Assembly: GCA_038998625.1 (NCBI GenBank)
Contig: JAWADS010000009.1
Coordinates: 1 to 17,155 of the forward strand
Direction of reading: 5' to 3'
DNA: 17,155 bases
DNA from: Candidatus Aenigmatarchaeota archaeon
Lineage (GTDB): Archaea > Aenigmatarchaeota > Aenigmatarchaeia > CG10238-14 > SCSR01
The translations under genes and the position numbers were made by a program. Positions within the stretch are counted from its first letter, which is position 1; each line of letters begins with the position of its first letter. Shown here one piece after another: positions 15,537-17,155 of this stretch. The notes beneath the pieces are model-generated. The model made no database searches and was not told where the DNA came from. It saw nothing but the letters and a program-made list of their open reading frames with translations.

Positions 15537-16184
15537 ATGAATATTTTTGAAGCTATTCTCACAAGGAAAGTTGCGTTAAAATTTGAAAAGAAAGAAATAG
15601 ATGATAAACTTATTGGATTAATTTTACATGCAGCTACTTATGCCCCTTCTGCAGGAAAATTAGAAGAATGGCGATTTATAGTTGTTAAAGATGAAAAATT
15701 GAAAGAAAAATTAAGTGAACTTGCTTATAATGAAAGGCTAATTAAAGATGCGGCCCTTAACATTGTTGCTTGCGCAGATTTTGAAGCAGCAGAAGCAAAA
15801 TATAAGGAAAAAGGAATTAATTATGCACTACAAGACATTTCCTTTGCTTCAATGATAATTTTGCTTAGTGCAAAAGCCTTAGGACTTGGTAGTGCCTTAA
15901 TAAGGAATTTTAAAGTAGAAGAAGTAGCACAATTATTGGACTTGCCCGATAGCATAAAGCCTGCTTTAATTATTCCCCTTGGCTATGTTGTTGAAGAAAA
16001 AGAAATTGAAAGATTACCTTATGAAAATTTAACTTACCTTAACCAATATGGGAGAAAATATGAAATAGAATTTAAGCCGATTTTAAAATACTTAAAAGAT
16101 TTTTTCGAAAAAAGAAAGGGGGAAAAGGAGAAGAGAAAACTTAAATTAGATTTCATGGCCTTTCTAAAAAAATTGGCAAGATAA
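15537..16184 (+). CDS. Nitroreductase-family flavoprotein with a C-terminal extension
   Basis: IFEAILTRK..KF, AATYAPSAG..EWRFIVV, LSAKALGLGS, IIPLGY. Confidence 0.88.
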   Translation: MNIFEAILTRKVALKFEKKEIDDKLIGLILHAATYAPSAGKLEEWRFIVVKDEKLKEKLSELAYNERLIKDAALNIVACADFEAAEAKYKEKGINYALQDISFASMIILLSAKALGLGSALIRNFKVEEVAQLLDLPDSIKPALIIPLGYVVEEKEIERLPYENLTYLNQYGRKYEIEFKPILKYLKDFFEKRKGEKEKRKLKLDFMAFLKKLAR

Positions 16185-16229
16185 CAAAATTAAATATTAT
16201 AAAAAAGAATTTTAATAAAGGTGAATTGA

Positions 16230-17155
16230 TTGAAAAGGTTGGTAGCAATAGCTTTTTTCCTTTCTTTACTTTTTGTTCCAACTGCATTAGCTCAGGGTGT
16301 GGAAGTTTCTATATTTCCAAGAGAATTGAGAATTAGAGCGGAAAGTACTGAAAGTATAGAAATTACTATAACAAATAAACTTAATCAAGCCAATATATTC
16401 ATAATTTCTATTTTTCCCACATCTTTACCAGGCATAGCCATAATTCCTGAAAAAAATTCAGTTTATTTATTGCCAGGTGAGACAAAAACAATAAAAGTAT
16501 CCTTGATAGCTTCCATTGATGTTTTAGAAAGAATTCCACAATCTTTACAAATAACAGTATACTCCTTTGATAATCCAAATATTACAGATTCAACAAATGT
16601 TATTGTTATATCTGAAAGGATTGTTTCTGTCATCATTTCCTCCTTATCCATAGATAAAACAGAAGTAGATCCTAATGATGCTATAACTATATCAGTTGGT
16701 ATTACAAATTATGCTTCGGCTCCATCAGACCGTTATCTTTTGAAAACGATAATAACAAAAGATAATGAAATATTAAAAACTTATGAAGATCTTATAGTTT
16801 CTGTTCCTGCTAGGAGTGTAAAAGTTTATAATTATACTTATTATTTTGATAGATACGCTGCACCCGGAAGATATGTAATATTTTCTGAAATGTATGATAA
16901 TTTAAATAATAGAGTTAGTAGCGTAACGCCAAAAAGTGTAAAGGTTAGGGAAATTTTGAATAAGATTGTAATAGATAAAACGACTTCTATAGGAGTTCTT
17001 TCTGCCAGTGTAACAGTAAAGCTAAAGAATGAAGGAAATGTGCCGACAGAAAATTTCAATTTTACCGAATCTTTACCTGCATTTGCAAGTAGCTTCTTTG
17101 ATCCAGAAGTAGAACCCACCTATGCCTATGTTGAAAGGGATAGATTAGTTTATAA
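16230..17155 (+). CDS. Secreted/surface protein with tandem Ig-like beta domains (S-layer/CARDB-like); 3'-truncated; absent from the ORF track
   Basis: AGGTGA RBS, TTG start, signal peptide MKRLVAIAFFLSLLFVPTALA|Q; frame open to the window end; beta-rich motifs LLPGETKTIKV, ITISVGITN, VTVKLKNEGNVP; NxT sequons (NIT, NYT, NFT). Confidence 0.85.
   Translation, partial: MKRLVAIAFFLSLLFVPTALAQGVEVSIFPRELRIRAESTESIEITITNKLNQANIFIISIFPTSLPGIAIIPEKNSVYLLPGETKTIKVSLIASIDVLERIPQSLQITVYSFDNPNITDSTNVIVISERIVSVIISSLSIDKTEVDPNDAITISVGITNYASAPSDRYLLKTIITKDNEILKTYEDLIVSVPARSVKVYNYTYYFDRYAAPGRYVIFSEMYDNLNNRVSSVTPKSVKVREILNKIVIDKTTSIGVLSASVTVKLKNEGNVPTENFNFTESLPAFASSFFDPEVEPTYAYVERDRLVY

Noticed and set aside
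16463..17119. Two minus-strand ORFs (62 and 92 aa)
   Set aside because: Antisense to the long signal-peptide ORF that starts at 16230.

Overview
AT-rich archaeal chromosomal segment made mostly of housekeeping genes; a DPANN-like (e.g. Aenigmarchaeota-like) source is my inference, not established. Left arm: probable prefoldin-alpha tail, ftsY, srp54, pus10, rpl21e, rpo4, DUF655. Middle: two small membrane proteins, EF-1beta with a Zn-ribbon gene missed by the ORF track, tRNA-Arg(GCG), RNase Z, CCA-adding enzyme, a divergent pair of orphan ORFs, and a tRNA-Gln(CTG) split by two non-canonical BHB-type introns. Right: a divergent UPRT-like phosphoribosyltransferase, a YbaK-family deacylase, a chimeric ThrRS, a TrmB regulator, ATP-dependent DNA ligase, a nitroreductase, and a secreted beta-rich protein running off the window. 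Most notable: the double-intron tRNA-Gln; ThrRS with an archaeal editing domain on a bacterial-type catalytic core, next to ybaK; the UPRT-like protein with an altered PRPP loop and a -1 frame continuation at a T5A7 run; an RNase Z metal-ligand His->Asn change; and operator-like palindromes. No mobile element or CRISPR array was seen.
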